Positions 12,424 through 24,797 of a DNA stretch of 64,000 nt are shown piece after piece (the first letter of the stretch is position 1; the number at the start of each line of letters is the position of its first letter). The DNA comes from Octopus sinensis. Taxonomy: Eukaryota. The notes under the pieces are model-generated. The model did no database searches, was not told where the DNA came from, and worked only from the letters and a program-made list of their open reading frames with translations. A program made the position numbers and the translations under genes. The stretch is from NCBI RefSeq assembly GCF_006345805.1, contig NC_043014.1:35526001-35590000 (forward strand). The letters are read 5' to 3'.

Positions 12424-12454
<31 letters not shown>

Positions 12455-15040
12455 TATATATGTGTGTGTGTGGTGTGTGGTGTGTGTGTGTGGTGTGTGT
12501 GTGTGTGTGTTGTTGTGTGTGTGTGCGGAAGGATAATATGAGGAAGGAAGTATTACCGTTAAGAAAGCCCCTCTTAAGAATTTCTTGAATAGTTCTGGTT
12601 GGAAATCTGCAACAAAAAGAGGAACCTCAACCTCAATGCATCGCGGCTAAATGCCGTAAAGAGAGAATTCTGTACCAATATCAACAGGAAAACATATGCA
12701 GTTGTCGCGGAAATTTTCGCCATAACTGTAGGCAAACTGCATAATGGAAAGGCACCTGGAGGGGATCTAATAGTTGGATGACATTTTACAGGAAACCACT
12801 AAGAAGTATATCCGAAAGTACTACGGAAGGTCAAATTTACATACCAAATTGGCTTGCTATAGCACAGACGAATCTCTTGGCCAAGAATGAAGCCACTGAG
12901 TTGCCTGAAAATCACAGACCCATTGCTTGCCTAAATAATATGTCTAAATTGTACACAAGCTGCGGGATTATAGTGAGTCCAACAAAATAATGATCGATGA
13001 GCAGGCCGGCGGAAAGAAGGGAGTGTGACGACACCGTTGTTGCTGCTGCTGCCGATGATAGTGATGTTGAGGGCGATGATAACGACAGCGATAATGACGA
13101 TGATGATGCTGATGATGACTATGATTAATAATAATTCCTCTTCTGTATTGTTTGAGGTAAAAAAAAAAGCATTGGTGCTTTACAACAGTATGTTTTGATT
13201 ATAGGAAGGCATTTGACCCTATTCCCCACTCATGGCTGGTGAGGTGTCTCCATTTGGCAAAACTGCCGGCTACCTTAATTGCTGCCATTGAGAGAGAGGC
13301 TCACAAAGGCATGGGCCACAATCTTCACAGTTAGAACAGAGAGTGAAGCGATCGTCTCCGTCGCCATAAATAATTTAAAGAGAATTTTCCAATGAAATGG
13401 TCTCTCTGTATTTCTGTTCGCTTTGGCGTTAAACCCATTATCATTCCTGCGACAAAAAACAAATGACTACGTGCTGAAACTGCAAGAGATATTAACGTAA
13501 CCTATAATTTATTTGTGGATGATCTCAAGATGTATGCTAAAAATGTTAACAATGTCAAAAAAAGAACTGAAATTTAATAACATTTTCAGCTGACATAGAA
13601 ATGGAATTTGGCCAGAAGAAATGTTTTAGTTAACTGTTGAACAGGAAAAATCAGCCTTCCGGACCTAAAACCTGTGTAACATGAGCCTCCCTATCTCTAC
13701 TGTTTCACACAAATAATGTTACAAGTACCTTGCCATTGATGAAAATATACCATACTAGTCTGAACTCTCCGCGTGCAACAGTACAACATCCCTCGATGCA
13801 CTTTCAGTACCAGTACCAATTCTAACGTTCGGGATACTTTATTGGTCTACAGGAGGAATCCACTCCGTAGACATTAAAATCCGCAAGATTTTAACATGAA
13901 CTGGAAATCTCCATAACAATAGTGATATCGACAGGAGGTAGGGACTTGAGATCAGTGAAGACAGCCTTCGAATGCTGCATAGTCTCTCTCAGACAGCACT
14001 TGCTAAAGAACAGCAGCAAAAATAAATACGTTAACTTAGTGCTGAAAAGTGAATAAAACAGTATTCTACATGTTGGAAGTGAGCTCCTCATGAAATACTC
14101 TCTTCCTGGTGACCTCATACAACCCCATTTCAGCTGGACAAGCATATCTCAAAGATGACCTGAAAGTGTGAAACGCTCTTTTTGCCAAAAAAGACCATGC
14201 ATGTCTTGAATATAGTAACCTTGACCTGAAGCGAAGCATCTCTTGGACTCGTAACTGCTACATTATACTTCTAAGGCTATTCATTTGCAATCCAAGAACA
14301 GAAGCTTGCTACTGAATACTTAATCAACAAAAGAGAGTAAAGCCCTAGGAGTTCCAAGATGCAATCTACATTTATATGTAGATTATGCAATATTTCTGTG
14401 AAAGACATCACACATGTGATTAGCAGCTGCACCAAAATGTTATAAAGGTACTACATCCCTATGCGACATGACGTCGCAAAATAATATACAATGCCGTTCG
14501 GAAAAAGAGACTGTTCTGGAATATATATAGAGGATCCTCCTGTTATTGAAAACATACATAAAATACCAAGCACAATGAATAATGGCGGAACATTTCAATC
14601 AAATCATCTGTCAAGTGTACACATAACAGGTCGGATATTGTTGTTTGAGACAGACAAAAACACGTATGTACCGTCATAGAGGTCAGCTGTTCTGCCGATG
14701 TGAATATCTCTTTGGTTTTCAAAGAGAAAGAAGATAACTATGAATAACTGCTTGGAAACCTCTAGCTTCTCTACCCCGGTTACAAATTTACATTTATACC
14801 AATAATAATTTGGTAGACTTGGCTTTGCAAGCAAATGCCTAACTGTAAGTCTGGGTAACTTTGGTATTTCAGAAAGAGAAATCAACCAACTGATTTACAC
14901 GTTACACATACAATCTGTAAGCGGAACAGTAGAACTAGGCAATACTTTCTCAAGTTTAGAATGACACATTGTTTCCGTTATCTATATTCCAAAGCTGGTG
15001 CTTTGTATCGTTGTTAGAAACCAGCTCCTTCTTCGGGGGA
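12110..15040 (+). pseudogene. R4/Dong-clade non-LTR retrotransposon, decayed (RT + CCHC + REL endonuclease)
   Basis: Across frameshifts: QPRWKAKLEENI, GKAPGGD, ENHRPIACLN, EQAGGKKG, FDYRKAFDPIPHSWL, LFVDDLKMYA, YKYLAIDEN, AIQEQ, CRLC..DITHVISSC, HNRSDIVV*D..VIEVSC..EKEDNY, FIPIII. Coding ends near 14963. Confidence 0.9.
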
Positions 15041-15168
15041 AGAACTTAAATGATTAAATACAGATCACACACACACACACACACACGTATATATATATAT
15101 ATATACACACACACACATATACATATATATATATACATACATACACATATATATATATATACACACAC

Positions 15169-15202
<34 letters not shown>

Positions 15203-15209
15203 GTATATA

Positions 15210-15308
<99 letters not shown>

Positions 15309-15809
15309 ATATATATATACAGAAATAATGTATGTATGTATTTATGTATGCATGTAAGCCTTGTGACGATACTAACATTTGGAGTCTTACAACTTTTCTC
15401 AATGGCAGGTACCAGTCTTTTCAATCCCAAATATAAGTATACACCACATTCTAAAATATAGTGAGTTCTTTCACATTATGGCCAGAATCTACGTGAGAAG
15501 TCTTGTAAGGCCAAATAAAACTGGTTACGGGATTCGAAATGGGGAAGAATGTTTCTCTCAAAATTGAAGAGGATTGTGGATTTTTTCTCTAGTTTGTGAT
15601 GTTCTTTAGCAGAGAGTTAATCCATTTTGAATGTGTTATTGATATACAGCGTAATAAAATACACCATAATTTTAAAATAAAAATTGTGAACTTCAATTCG
15701 TATGAGGTCTTTTTTAGCAACTTGATTGATTATAGATTAACACCAAGTTAGGTTTTCTACCAAATAGAACAATAACGGATATTTTGTTTTTTGGTGGTGA
15801 CTTTCTCTT

Positions 15810-16018
15810 TCTCTTTCTCTTTTACTTGTTTCAGTCATGTGACTGTGGCCATGCTGGAGTACCGCCTTTTAGTCGATCAAATCGACCCCAGGACTTATTC
15901 TTTGTAAGCCTAGTACTTATTTTATCGTTCTCTTTTTTGCCGAACTGCTAAGTTACGGGGACGTAAACACACCAGCATCGGTTGTCAAGCGATGTTGGGG
16001 GGACAACACAGACACGCA

Positions 16019-16100
<82 letters not shown>

Positions 16101-16102
16101 AC

Positions 16103-16137
<35 letters not shown>

Positions 16138-16315
16138 CATATATATATACATATACGACGGGCTTCTTCCAGTTTCCGTCTACCAAATCCACTCACAAGG
16201 CTTTGGTCGGCCCGAGGCAATAGTAGAAGACACTTACCCAAGGTGTCACGCAGTGGGACTGACCCCGGAATCATGTGGTTCGTAAGCAAGTTACTTACCA
16301 CACAGCCACTCCTAC
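15810..16315 (-). mobile_element. SINE family A, full length, long central (CA)(TA) array
   Basis: All family A modules present. Confidence 0.9.
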
Positions 16316-17233
16316 ACCAATTGACGTTAATAGTGCGATCTCCGTTATTTTGTTAAGAGTTGTTTTTATGTTTATTCATAAGTAACTATGGCGTATCCAT
16401 GTAACGTCAAGAGTTTAAAATCAGTGTTACTGTTATTACTTTTGCTTTAGCCGCAGTTTATGCTTTTACTAATTTTTTCAAATGCAGAATTTACTAGGGA
16501 TGTTGATACTGCACATTACTCTGAATTTGTGCAGATTGATTTGCTAGTTTGAGCTGCATATTTCCTTTCAACAAACATAGTGTAGCAATGCAGCTGCATC
16601 GCTCTGAGATATAAGCAGTTGAGATATTTTGCTTCTTAATAGCTCTTCATCCTTTTCAGGTAACTAATCCAGAGATTTTCTCTAATCTTTTTGTATAATT
16701 GGTACAAATATTCATCTAAATCACTACTCCATTGGGATGTGTCTCGATACACCTGCAACCTCAAAAGTCTGACTCTCTTTTCTTGCTAAATGTGGTGTAC
16801 ATAGTAGTAATTCTTCTGTTGCTTACCGGTTTAATTTTGTCGCTTTATCATTGCAAAGAACTTCTCTAAACAGGCGCTTGCATTTATCAAAAGCGATACA
16901 CACTTTTATCTTTTCAACCCGACTCATACAACATTAAAAGGTGTATGATATCCTATGCCGAAGTGACATACTTCCATACTATTTATGCATGTATGCATGT
17001 ATATATGCATGCATGCAATGCATGAATGTATGAAAGTATGTATGTATGTATGTATGTATGTATGTATGTATGTATGTATGTATGTATATATATGTATGTA
17101 TGTATTCTACTGAGTTCCATTTTTCAATTTTTCACCAATAGAGCAAGAGCTAGTTTTTACTAATAAAAAACCCCTATATTGGAATTTAGATATTTGAGTA
17201 GTTGTACATGGATATATTTAAGTATATATATAT

Positions 17234-17333
<100 letters not shown>

Positions 17334-17344
17334 TTATAAAAGAA

Positions 17345-18590
17345 GGAAAATGCACAGAGTTTACATAAAGTTCTATATTAAGAGATGAGGAATTATGTAC
17401 ATTATTTACATTCGACGGATATTTATACTCAACTTGTTTGTTGTTAATACAACGTTTCGGCTGATATACCTTCCAGCCTTTCTTAGGTGTCTTGGGGAAA
17501 TTTCGAACCTGGGTTCTCATTCTTAAATTGTGTTAACAACAAACGTTGTGTTATCAACAAGTTGTGTTAACAAAAAGTTAACACAAGTTGTGTTAACAAC
17601 AAACAAGATGAGGACAAATGTCCGTCGAATGTAAATAATGTAAATAATGTAGAGTTTACATAGTTTTAATGTATCTTAAATGAAAGAGTATTGTTGTTGT
17701 CGACCGGTTTCGTTTTCGCTCATCATGGCATTGAAATGATTGTGATTTCGTATTTTCTTAAGAAGGTTTTAGTCCATGAACTTATATGAAAGTTTTGTGA
17801 ATAAATCAACAAGTCCACAACCTGAAGTTATAACATAAATTAAATTCTAGGATTTCACAACTTCACAAGTGAAGCTGGTCTTAATTATGAACGTCTTTCT
17901 TTGTTTGAATTGAAATTCTGAACCTTCCAGTGGGTTGGAGCATGTTCCACAATTTGGACGTCCACATTTTTTAACTATTGGTTTCGTGGTTGTTATATAT
18001 AAAGACCAACTTCACTTGTGCATCCGAGAATTTAATTTATGTTATAACTTGCTCGGGTTGTGGATACAACTATGTAGGACAGACAAGTATGTCACTTAGA
18101 CGGAGAACCACACTGCATAAGGAACAGATCCGTTTTCCAAGGTATAGACAGATACCTTTGAGTGAACGCTTTGAGATATGTGCAGAGAGTCTTCAACCAA
18201 ATTTTACAGTTTTCCCTTTCTACCAGTGCAAAGAACCAATTTCTGTACAAGAACGTTTAGATAAAGAAAATTTATTTATAAAAAAATACAGAATACGCCT
18301 GAATATGGACACATAACCAACTTTGGTCACGGTATATTTTTTAATTCAGGATCACATATCCATTACTGTACATATTTCATTTCAAAATTTCAGCTCATTT
18401 GTTTTTGCTATGTTTAGTTTATGCCACCCAAAACATGAGGAATTATAATTTGGGACCTCTCCTGTCCCGAATAACTATCACCAATTACCTCCCTTTTCAT
18501 TTTTATGTCTGTTGATTCATTCACAAACTTTCATACAAAAACATGAACTAAAAATTTCTTAAGAAAATACGAAATCACAATAATATCAAT
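17345..18590. mobile_element. Penelope-like element in a head-to-head inverted arrangement
   Basis: Minus copy (KCGRPNCGTC at 17970-17941, then partial GIY-YIG and 3' region) faces a plus copy from 17995. Inverted pairs: 17820-17886/17996-18060, 17738-17810/18511-18581, 17398-17452/17587-17645. Confidence 0.85.
17978..18316 (+). pseudogene. GIY-YIG endonuclease domain of a Penelope-like element
   Basis: NFTCASENLIYVITCSGCGYNYVGQTSMSLRRRTTLHKEQIR...ERLDKENLFIKKY..LN; open frame but 5' truncated. Confidence 0.9.
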
Positions 18591-19705
18591 GTCAGTCCTA
18601 AGCACCTGTATTCCTTATGAAATTATAGAGGAACAGTCAAGTCATTGATAGATATGTATGTGCGTGCGTGTGTGGTGTGTGTGTGCGTGTGTGTGTGTGC
18701 ATGTATGTGTGTGTGTGTGTATGTGATGTATGTGTGTACGTGTATGTAATTATTTGAAGCCTTCAGGCACGGAAGAAGCTGGTCTCTGACAAAGATTTAA
18801 AGCCTTCTCATTGAAATGTAGGTTACACACTTTGAACTTCAAAAGTCTTGTATACTTTTACTGCTTTGCTTATAGATTGTATTTGTAATGTGTGCGTTTG
18901 CTGGTTGGTTTCTTATTCTGACAACCCTAGCTTTCCGTATTTTTTCCCAAGCATTTACTAACATTTACTTTGTATATATGTATGTATATATGTATCTATA
19001 TATGTATTATGTATGTATGTACATATGCATGCATGCATGTATGTATGCATGTATGTATGTAGTATGTATGTATGTATGTACGCATGTATGTATGTATGCA
19101 TGTATGTATGTATGTACGTGTGTATATATACATAAGGAAAGCAGGATTATAAACCCATATCTAAATATTTCATTATAAGCAAACTTGTCTGGGTAAATGT
19201 ACTCATCGTTGGGTGGAATGGAATACAGATAAGCCAGTCACATGCTACGTGACGTCAAGTGGTATTTACCACATCATATACGCCAAGCGAGTTTCCCTTA
19301 AAGTTCATGAGAAGGAAATTTGAGCTGTCTGAAACTGATTCAAACTTACTTTTGTTTAGAATTTGAGGTAGTGTGCCGATAGCAGTAAAAAAAATTTTTC
19401 TCTAAGAAAGGGAGCGAAATACATTACTTTGACCTACTTTCAATGTTAGTTTTCGATCCATAATGACCTGTTTAATATTTGTAATTCTTCCTTTAGCTTT
19501 CGATTTCCAAACCCAATTAACAGAGCCGTTGTCCATGTGAACATGTTGGAATGAGTGACTGCTTCGGACGATATTTTAAAAATAAATGTTACAAAGATAG
19601 AAGCTGCTGCACACACACACACACAACACACACACACACACACCACACACACACACACACCACACACACACACATGCATGAATATATATACATACATATA
19701 TATAA

Positions 19706-19914
19706 GGCGGCGAGCTGGCAGAAACGTTAGCAAGCCGGGCGAAATGCTTTGCGTTATTTCGTCCGCTGCTGCATTCTGAGTTCAAATTCCGCCGAGGTCG
19801 ACTTTGCCTTACATCCTTTCGGGGTGGATAAATTAAGAACCAGTTACGCACTGGGGTCGATGTAATCGACTTAATCTGTTTGTCCCCTCTATGTTCAGCC
19901 CCTTGTGGGCAATA

Positions 19915-19922
<8 letters not shown>
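19706..19922 (+). mobile_element. tRNA-derived SINE family B
   Basis: ggcggcgagctggcagaaacgttagc...gagttcaaattccgccgaggtcgac...gccccttgtggg + A-rich end. Confidence 0.9.
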
Positions 19923-19945
<23 letters not shown>

Positions 19946-20248
19946 TACATACGTACGTTCATGCATGCTTACATATATACATGCGTATACACGTATACAC
20001 GTATACACATACATAAAGGCAAATAGACACATGCACACAAGCACACATACGCATACACATATTCTGTCTTTTTCGCTATGATACTGAAAAGAAATAGATT
20101 TTAACCATGTAAAAATGATGCATCTTGACGTACAATGAGTGAGTTGACATCAATAGTGCCGTTTCTATTCTTGTAAATATTGATGGCAGTATAACCCACT
20201 GGATGTAACAAGTAAAAGAATAGAAGAATACGCATAGATACCATTACG

Positions 20249-20425
20249 TACACTGTAATCCCTCGACTATCGCGGGTGTTATGTTCCAACCTACCCTCCC
20301 GCAATAAGTGAAAATCTACGAAGTAGAAACAGTACTGTATATTTTTATAATTTGTATGTATTTATTTAAGCTTAAATAATAAAGCGCGATAGGTGAACTA
20401 CGATATGGTGAGGGATTCCTCTATA
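20249..20425. mobile_element. Tigger/pogo-type MITE (~175 bp)
   Basis: Imperfect TIRs: ta-cactgtaatccctcgactatcgcg ... cgcgataggtgaactacgatatggtgagggatt. Confidence 0.5.
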
Positions 20426-20433
20426 CGTATGTG

Positions 20434-21176
20434 TACCGTAAATCCTCGAGTATATATTTCTTTACTACCCACAAGGGGCTAGACACAGAGGGGACAAACA
20501 AGGACAGACAAACGGATTAAGTCAATCCCAGTGCGTAACTGGTACTTAATTTATCGACCCCGAAAGGATGAAAGGCAAAGTCGACCTCGGCGGAATTTGA
20601 ACACAGAACGTAACGGCAGACGAAATACGACTACACATTTCGCCCGGCGTGCTAACGTTTCTGCCAGCTTCAGTCCGCCCTTGAGTATAATATGCAGAGG
20701 ATTTTTAGGAGGCTGTACTTCTGAAAAACCTAAACATTGAGTATAATACGCATCCCTTCCCTAACTTGAGTCATGCGTAATTAAGCCAGCAGCACTTAGT
20801 CGAACAAACATTTCTGCGCATGCGTAATACAATAATGGTGATGTTCTTAATTGTTATATGGGAATATAAATATGTTTGCAAATTGTTTTTGTTACATGTT
20901 ATTCTGTGTTCTGAATACTTTAATTTTAATAAATGTTGTTTACTGCAAGTTGTGGGTGATTCTTTTATGACTTCATTGCTTTCAGGCTTAGCTTAAGGTA
21001 TTTTCGCGCCCAATATCACAAAATGCGTCTGAATAAACATTGCCGGACAGCAAATAGAGACTCGGACATTGCTTAGAAAATATTTTTCATTGTTAACCTC
21101 GTATATAATACGCACTAGGGATTTTGACCTTTAAATTTTGGGAAAAAATGCGGATTATACTCGAGGATTTACGGTA
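20434..21176. mobile_element. pogo-type MITE with perfect 21-bp TIRs (including the flanking TA)
   Basis: taccgtaaatcctcgagtata (20434-54) and tatactcgaggatttacggta (21156-76). Confidence 0.85.
20455..20682 (-). mobile_element. SINE family B nested in the MITE TIR
   Basis: Reverse complement of family B, flanked by gagtata at 20448-54 and 20683-89 (likely TSD). Confidence 0.85.
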
Positions 21177-22013
21177 TACCTATATACGTATGCTATACAT
21201 TTGCACACGCATGCATATCTACGGCATGTGTATATAGGATACCGGACTGGCATAATGTTAAAACGTGTGATATTTAGTTTCAGGCCATCGCGTTCAAATC
21301 TCGTTGAGAGCAGATTTGCATGTTATCATTCCGGGATCGATAAAAAAATATATACCATTTTATTAAGGCGGATCAATTTAATCGACTGATGCTGGTATCT
21401 TCTTTGCCTCTTCAAACAAGTCTGTTATGGCTCACAATCTCGAAATAATCTTTATACTGCTGTTTCCGCTTAAGGGGGAATGGTCCACCGTCATAGAATT
21501 CCTGTGACCTGCAACGACTCAAGAATTATTAGTTATGTACATGCAAACATGCAAATCTTCGATAGAAGATGGAAACATGTTCATAGGAATATACATCAAA
21601 ACGTCTGTAAAGTTCAAGCATAATCGACTAGATATAGTTATTTGGGGCTAAAATAGCTTTCATGCTAATTATGGAGATCAGTTGCCCGAAAATATGAACA
21701 TTTTTTTTCCAAAATCACTGAGAAGAGAATATTTGTATACAATTTATTGACATACATACATACATACATACATACATACATACATACATACATAATTAGG
21801 ACACAACATAATTAGGATAGCTAGTGAACTTGAGGAGGGGTATGAAATAAGAGCTGATACAGATCTTTCCCCAAGGGACATTGGTAAAATCTATTTATCG
21901 AGTGAACAAAATTTAGAAAATGAACCAGTCAGCTGAGAAGATAGTATATGGGTACTTGGCATGAAAACACTAACCACAAAAAGGATTGATCATACCAAAA
22001 GCTTGACATGGAG

Positions 22014-22296
22014 TCTTCTTCTTCTTCTTCTTCTCTTCTTCTTCTTCTTCTTCTTCTTCTTCTCTTCTTCTTCTTCTTCTCTTCTTCTTCTTCTTCTTCT
22101 TCTTCTCTTCTTCTTCTTCTCTTCTTCTTCTTCTTCTTCTTCTTCTTCTTCTTCTTCTTCTTCTTCTCCTTCTTCTTCTTCCTTTTTTCCCCCCTGTGGA
22201 GCATAGGGCCTCAACAGTTGTTTTCCACTTTTTGCGATCAGTGGCGTGTTTCTTGGTTGCTTTCCATGTCAGGCCGGTGGTCCTGAGCTCGTCCAA
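22014..22296 (-). mobile_element. RTE LINE extreme 3' end with (GAA)n tail
   Basis: Minus DELRTTGLTWKATKKHATDRKKWKTTVEALCSTGG is an RTE C-terminus, running directly into (GAA)n (22185-22014). Confidence 0.75.
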
Positions 22297-22329
22297 AAAT
22301 GCTCCGCTTCCATGTCTGCTTCGGGCGTT

Positions 22330-23035
22330 GTTACATAAACCAACAACAATTCATTTGACATGGAGTAGCGACGCGTTTATGATGTCCCATATCGAAGGCT
22401 ACCTCCATGCTATTCAAGAACAAAAGGTCCCCACTAAGTACCAACAACATAAAAGGCTGGAAACAATGACAGACAACAAATGTAGGGTGTGCATGACCAA
22501 GGCTGAAGACATCAACCACATAATTGCAAACTACAAGAGAATGTCTTCCCGATATCATCCTCCAATAAGGCATAATGTGGTGGCCAAAACAGTCTGGAAC
22601 AGATAACGAAAAGGAAAACACCTACAGTCGAAGTTGTCTATATTGGAATGAATATTAATAGAGCTTCAAGATTAAAGCAACCACCAAGGTAAAATATACT
22701 TGGCCAGATATTGTTGTGTGGGAGCACAAGGAAAAGATATGTTCTGTTGTGGAAATCAGCTGAGGTTTGGACACCAATGAGATGACAGAAATACGGAAAG
22801 AGGATATTTATGGATCATTGATAAGAAGTCTGAAAATTCAGTACACAAGATATACGTTCAACATCATATCTATTATTACTTAAGTAACAGGATACATACA
22901 TCATGTCTGGGGAAAATCATGGCTAATCATGTTCTTGGGGAGAGAACGAAAATCTTTATTTATTCTCTACAGACGATCGTGATCATATTTGAGACAACAT
23001 AAATCTACAAGGCCTTCTTAGGACTTAAAAGATGA
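22330..23035 (+). pseudogene. Second R4/Dong 3' fragment (CCHC + REL)
   Basis: SHIEGYLHAIQEQ...KCRVC...EDINHII...RHNVVAK, WPDIVVWEHKEKICSVVEIS; paralogous to 14270-14960. Confidence 0.85.
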
Positions 23036-23439
23036 TGAACAAAACCAGATGTTTTTCTTCACAACATTGCTATCAAGTAGGTGGTTGGTCAAAATCCTAT
23101 TCTAAATTAAAAAGAGAAAGGGAACCTACATAAATGCACATATATGTAGACACCCACATACATACATGCATACATCTATCCATCCAACAATCCATCCATC
23201 TATCTATCCATCCATCCATCCATCCATCCATCCATTTATCCATCCATCCATACATACATACATATAGCCATCCATCCATCCATACATGGTGGCTGCCCCC
23301 TCGTTATCGAGTATGGCCATTGCACGAAGCTTAATCAATGTTGTTATCATGTAATGCCTGTGCAAGAAGATTTTTTTTAAGTGAGGAAAGGCTGTTCACT
23401 GAGTCCATCTCACTCACTAAGCAACAGCAGCCATAATCT

Positions 23440-23840
23440 GAAAAGAAGAACAAGTCAACATCATCGGTAACCACTGAGCAGCAGGTTTTATGTCGGAGTT
23501 ATCCCAGTTACCTGAGTTACCTTCTCCTAGAAGGATGCCCTAACAAAGGCTAGGAGTTCTTCATTCCCAATGGTTTAACCGCGCGATCGGGTATTCAGTC
23601 CGATTATTTCTATGTGCCCGCGCGTGATACAGCCTTAAGACATTTATTGGATGGCCGTTGATTCTGAAGAGTTCCTCCGCCCTTTGACGGGTTTTGTTTT
23701 TCATCCCGGAGGGTGTCCAATAAACACCATCCTCACCAAGCAAGCTTGGTGGGGTTGCCGGTTTAGTCGCCGACGACCCGACCATGCAACACGTTGTACT
23801 GGGTTACATGTTACCAGTAGTACTCGAAAGTGACCTGACA
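23440..23840 (-). mobile_element. Dispersed repeat, possibly an RTE-type 5' region
   Basis: ccttctcctaga...aaaggctagg motif, recalled as typical of RTE-related 5' UTRs; no ORF. Confidence 0.3.
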
Positions 23841-24235
23841 TAACATACATATATACATACATACATACATACATACATACATACATACATACATAGCACC
23901 AAGGCTGAATAACAAACGCCGGAAAGAATCCCTACTTAAGGTACTGTTATGATATTATGATATTAAAGCTTATGCTAGTTTATCATTTTACATCGTTGTT
24001 TACGAACACTAACGTCACAGACATCCAGTTGGCCGGTTCACCAATTCACGGCAATTATAAGCACAAGAATGACCAAGTGGAGTATATAAACTGTTTGTAT
24101 TCAATCGAAGAGCACCGGTTTTTCGTTGATATCCTTATTTCTCGCTTGTGTTAGCGTAAGATATAACAATGTTTGGACGCATGTATTGTTTGGACGTATG
24201 TATTGTTGGTTATATGCTTTGTGTGTGTGTGTGTG

Positions 24236-24271
<36 letters not shown>

Positions 24272-24279
24272 GCGAGGCT

Positions 24280-24437
24280 GCGGGCGCAAGTTTGGCTGTG
24301 CGGTAATAAGTTTGCTGCTGGAACCACATGGTTCCGGATTCAGTCCTATTGCGTGACAACTTGGGCGAGTGTCTTCTACTAAAGCCACGGACCGACCAAA
24401 ACGAATTTAGTGGACGGAAACTGAAAGAAGCCCATCG
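24280..24437 (+). mobile_element. SINE family A head half
   Basis: tggctgtgcggta...ggattcagtcc...cttgggcgagtgtcttctact...gacggaaactgaaagaagccc. Confidence 0.75.
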
Positions 24438-24460
24438 TATATATATATATATATATATAT

Positions 24461-24592
24461 AATACAAAATTGGACAAGAACGCAAAACATCCGAACAACT
24501 AGGTAATACAAAAAGGGACAACAAAACATCCAGACAGATGATACAAAGAAAACAAGGACGGATCATTCGAAGTATTATCCTCGCAATTTCGA
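24461..24592 (+). repeat. Dispersed repeat homologous to the left arm and loop of the 47673 hairpin
   Basis: aatacaaaattggacaagaacgcaaaacatcc...gatacaaa...ggacggatcattcgaag. Confidence 0.8.
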
Positions 24593-24617
24593 TATATATA
24601 TATATATATATACACAC

Positions 24618-24690
24618 ATTATAATTAAGGGTATCTAAGAGATATCACTATGGTAGATATAGCAGCCAAAACTTGACTCTAAACCCACAT
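24618..24690 (+). repeat. Single arm of the 1585-1734 palindrome
   Basis: ttataattaagggtatctaagagatatcac...gcagccaaaacttgactctaaacCCACAT, ending at the symmetry centre. Confidence 0.9.
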
Positions 24691-24714
24691 TAAATGTTCA
24701 TTCACCACCAGTTC

Positions 24715-24797
24715 AATGTGTCCCACGCAGTGGGACTGAATCTGGAACCATGTAGTTGGGAAGCAAGCTTCGTACCACACAGCCACGCCTGCGCCTG
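24715..24797 (-). mobile_element. SINE family A tRNA-like head fragment
   Basis: ccacgcagtgggactgaatctggaaccatg...accacacagccacgcctgcgcc. Confidence 0.75.

Noticed and set aside
20120-20190. Minus candidate exon after a strong polypyrimidine acceptor (GYTAINIYKNRNGTIDVNSLI)
   Set aside because: Unrecognised peptide, weak donor, no neighbouring exons.
21468-21740. TTAA-GGGG start suggesting a Kolobok/piggyBac-type MITE
   Set aside because: No matching right TIR found.
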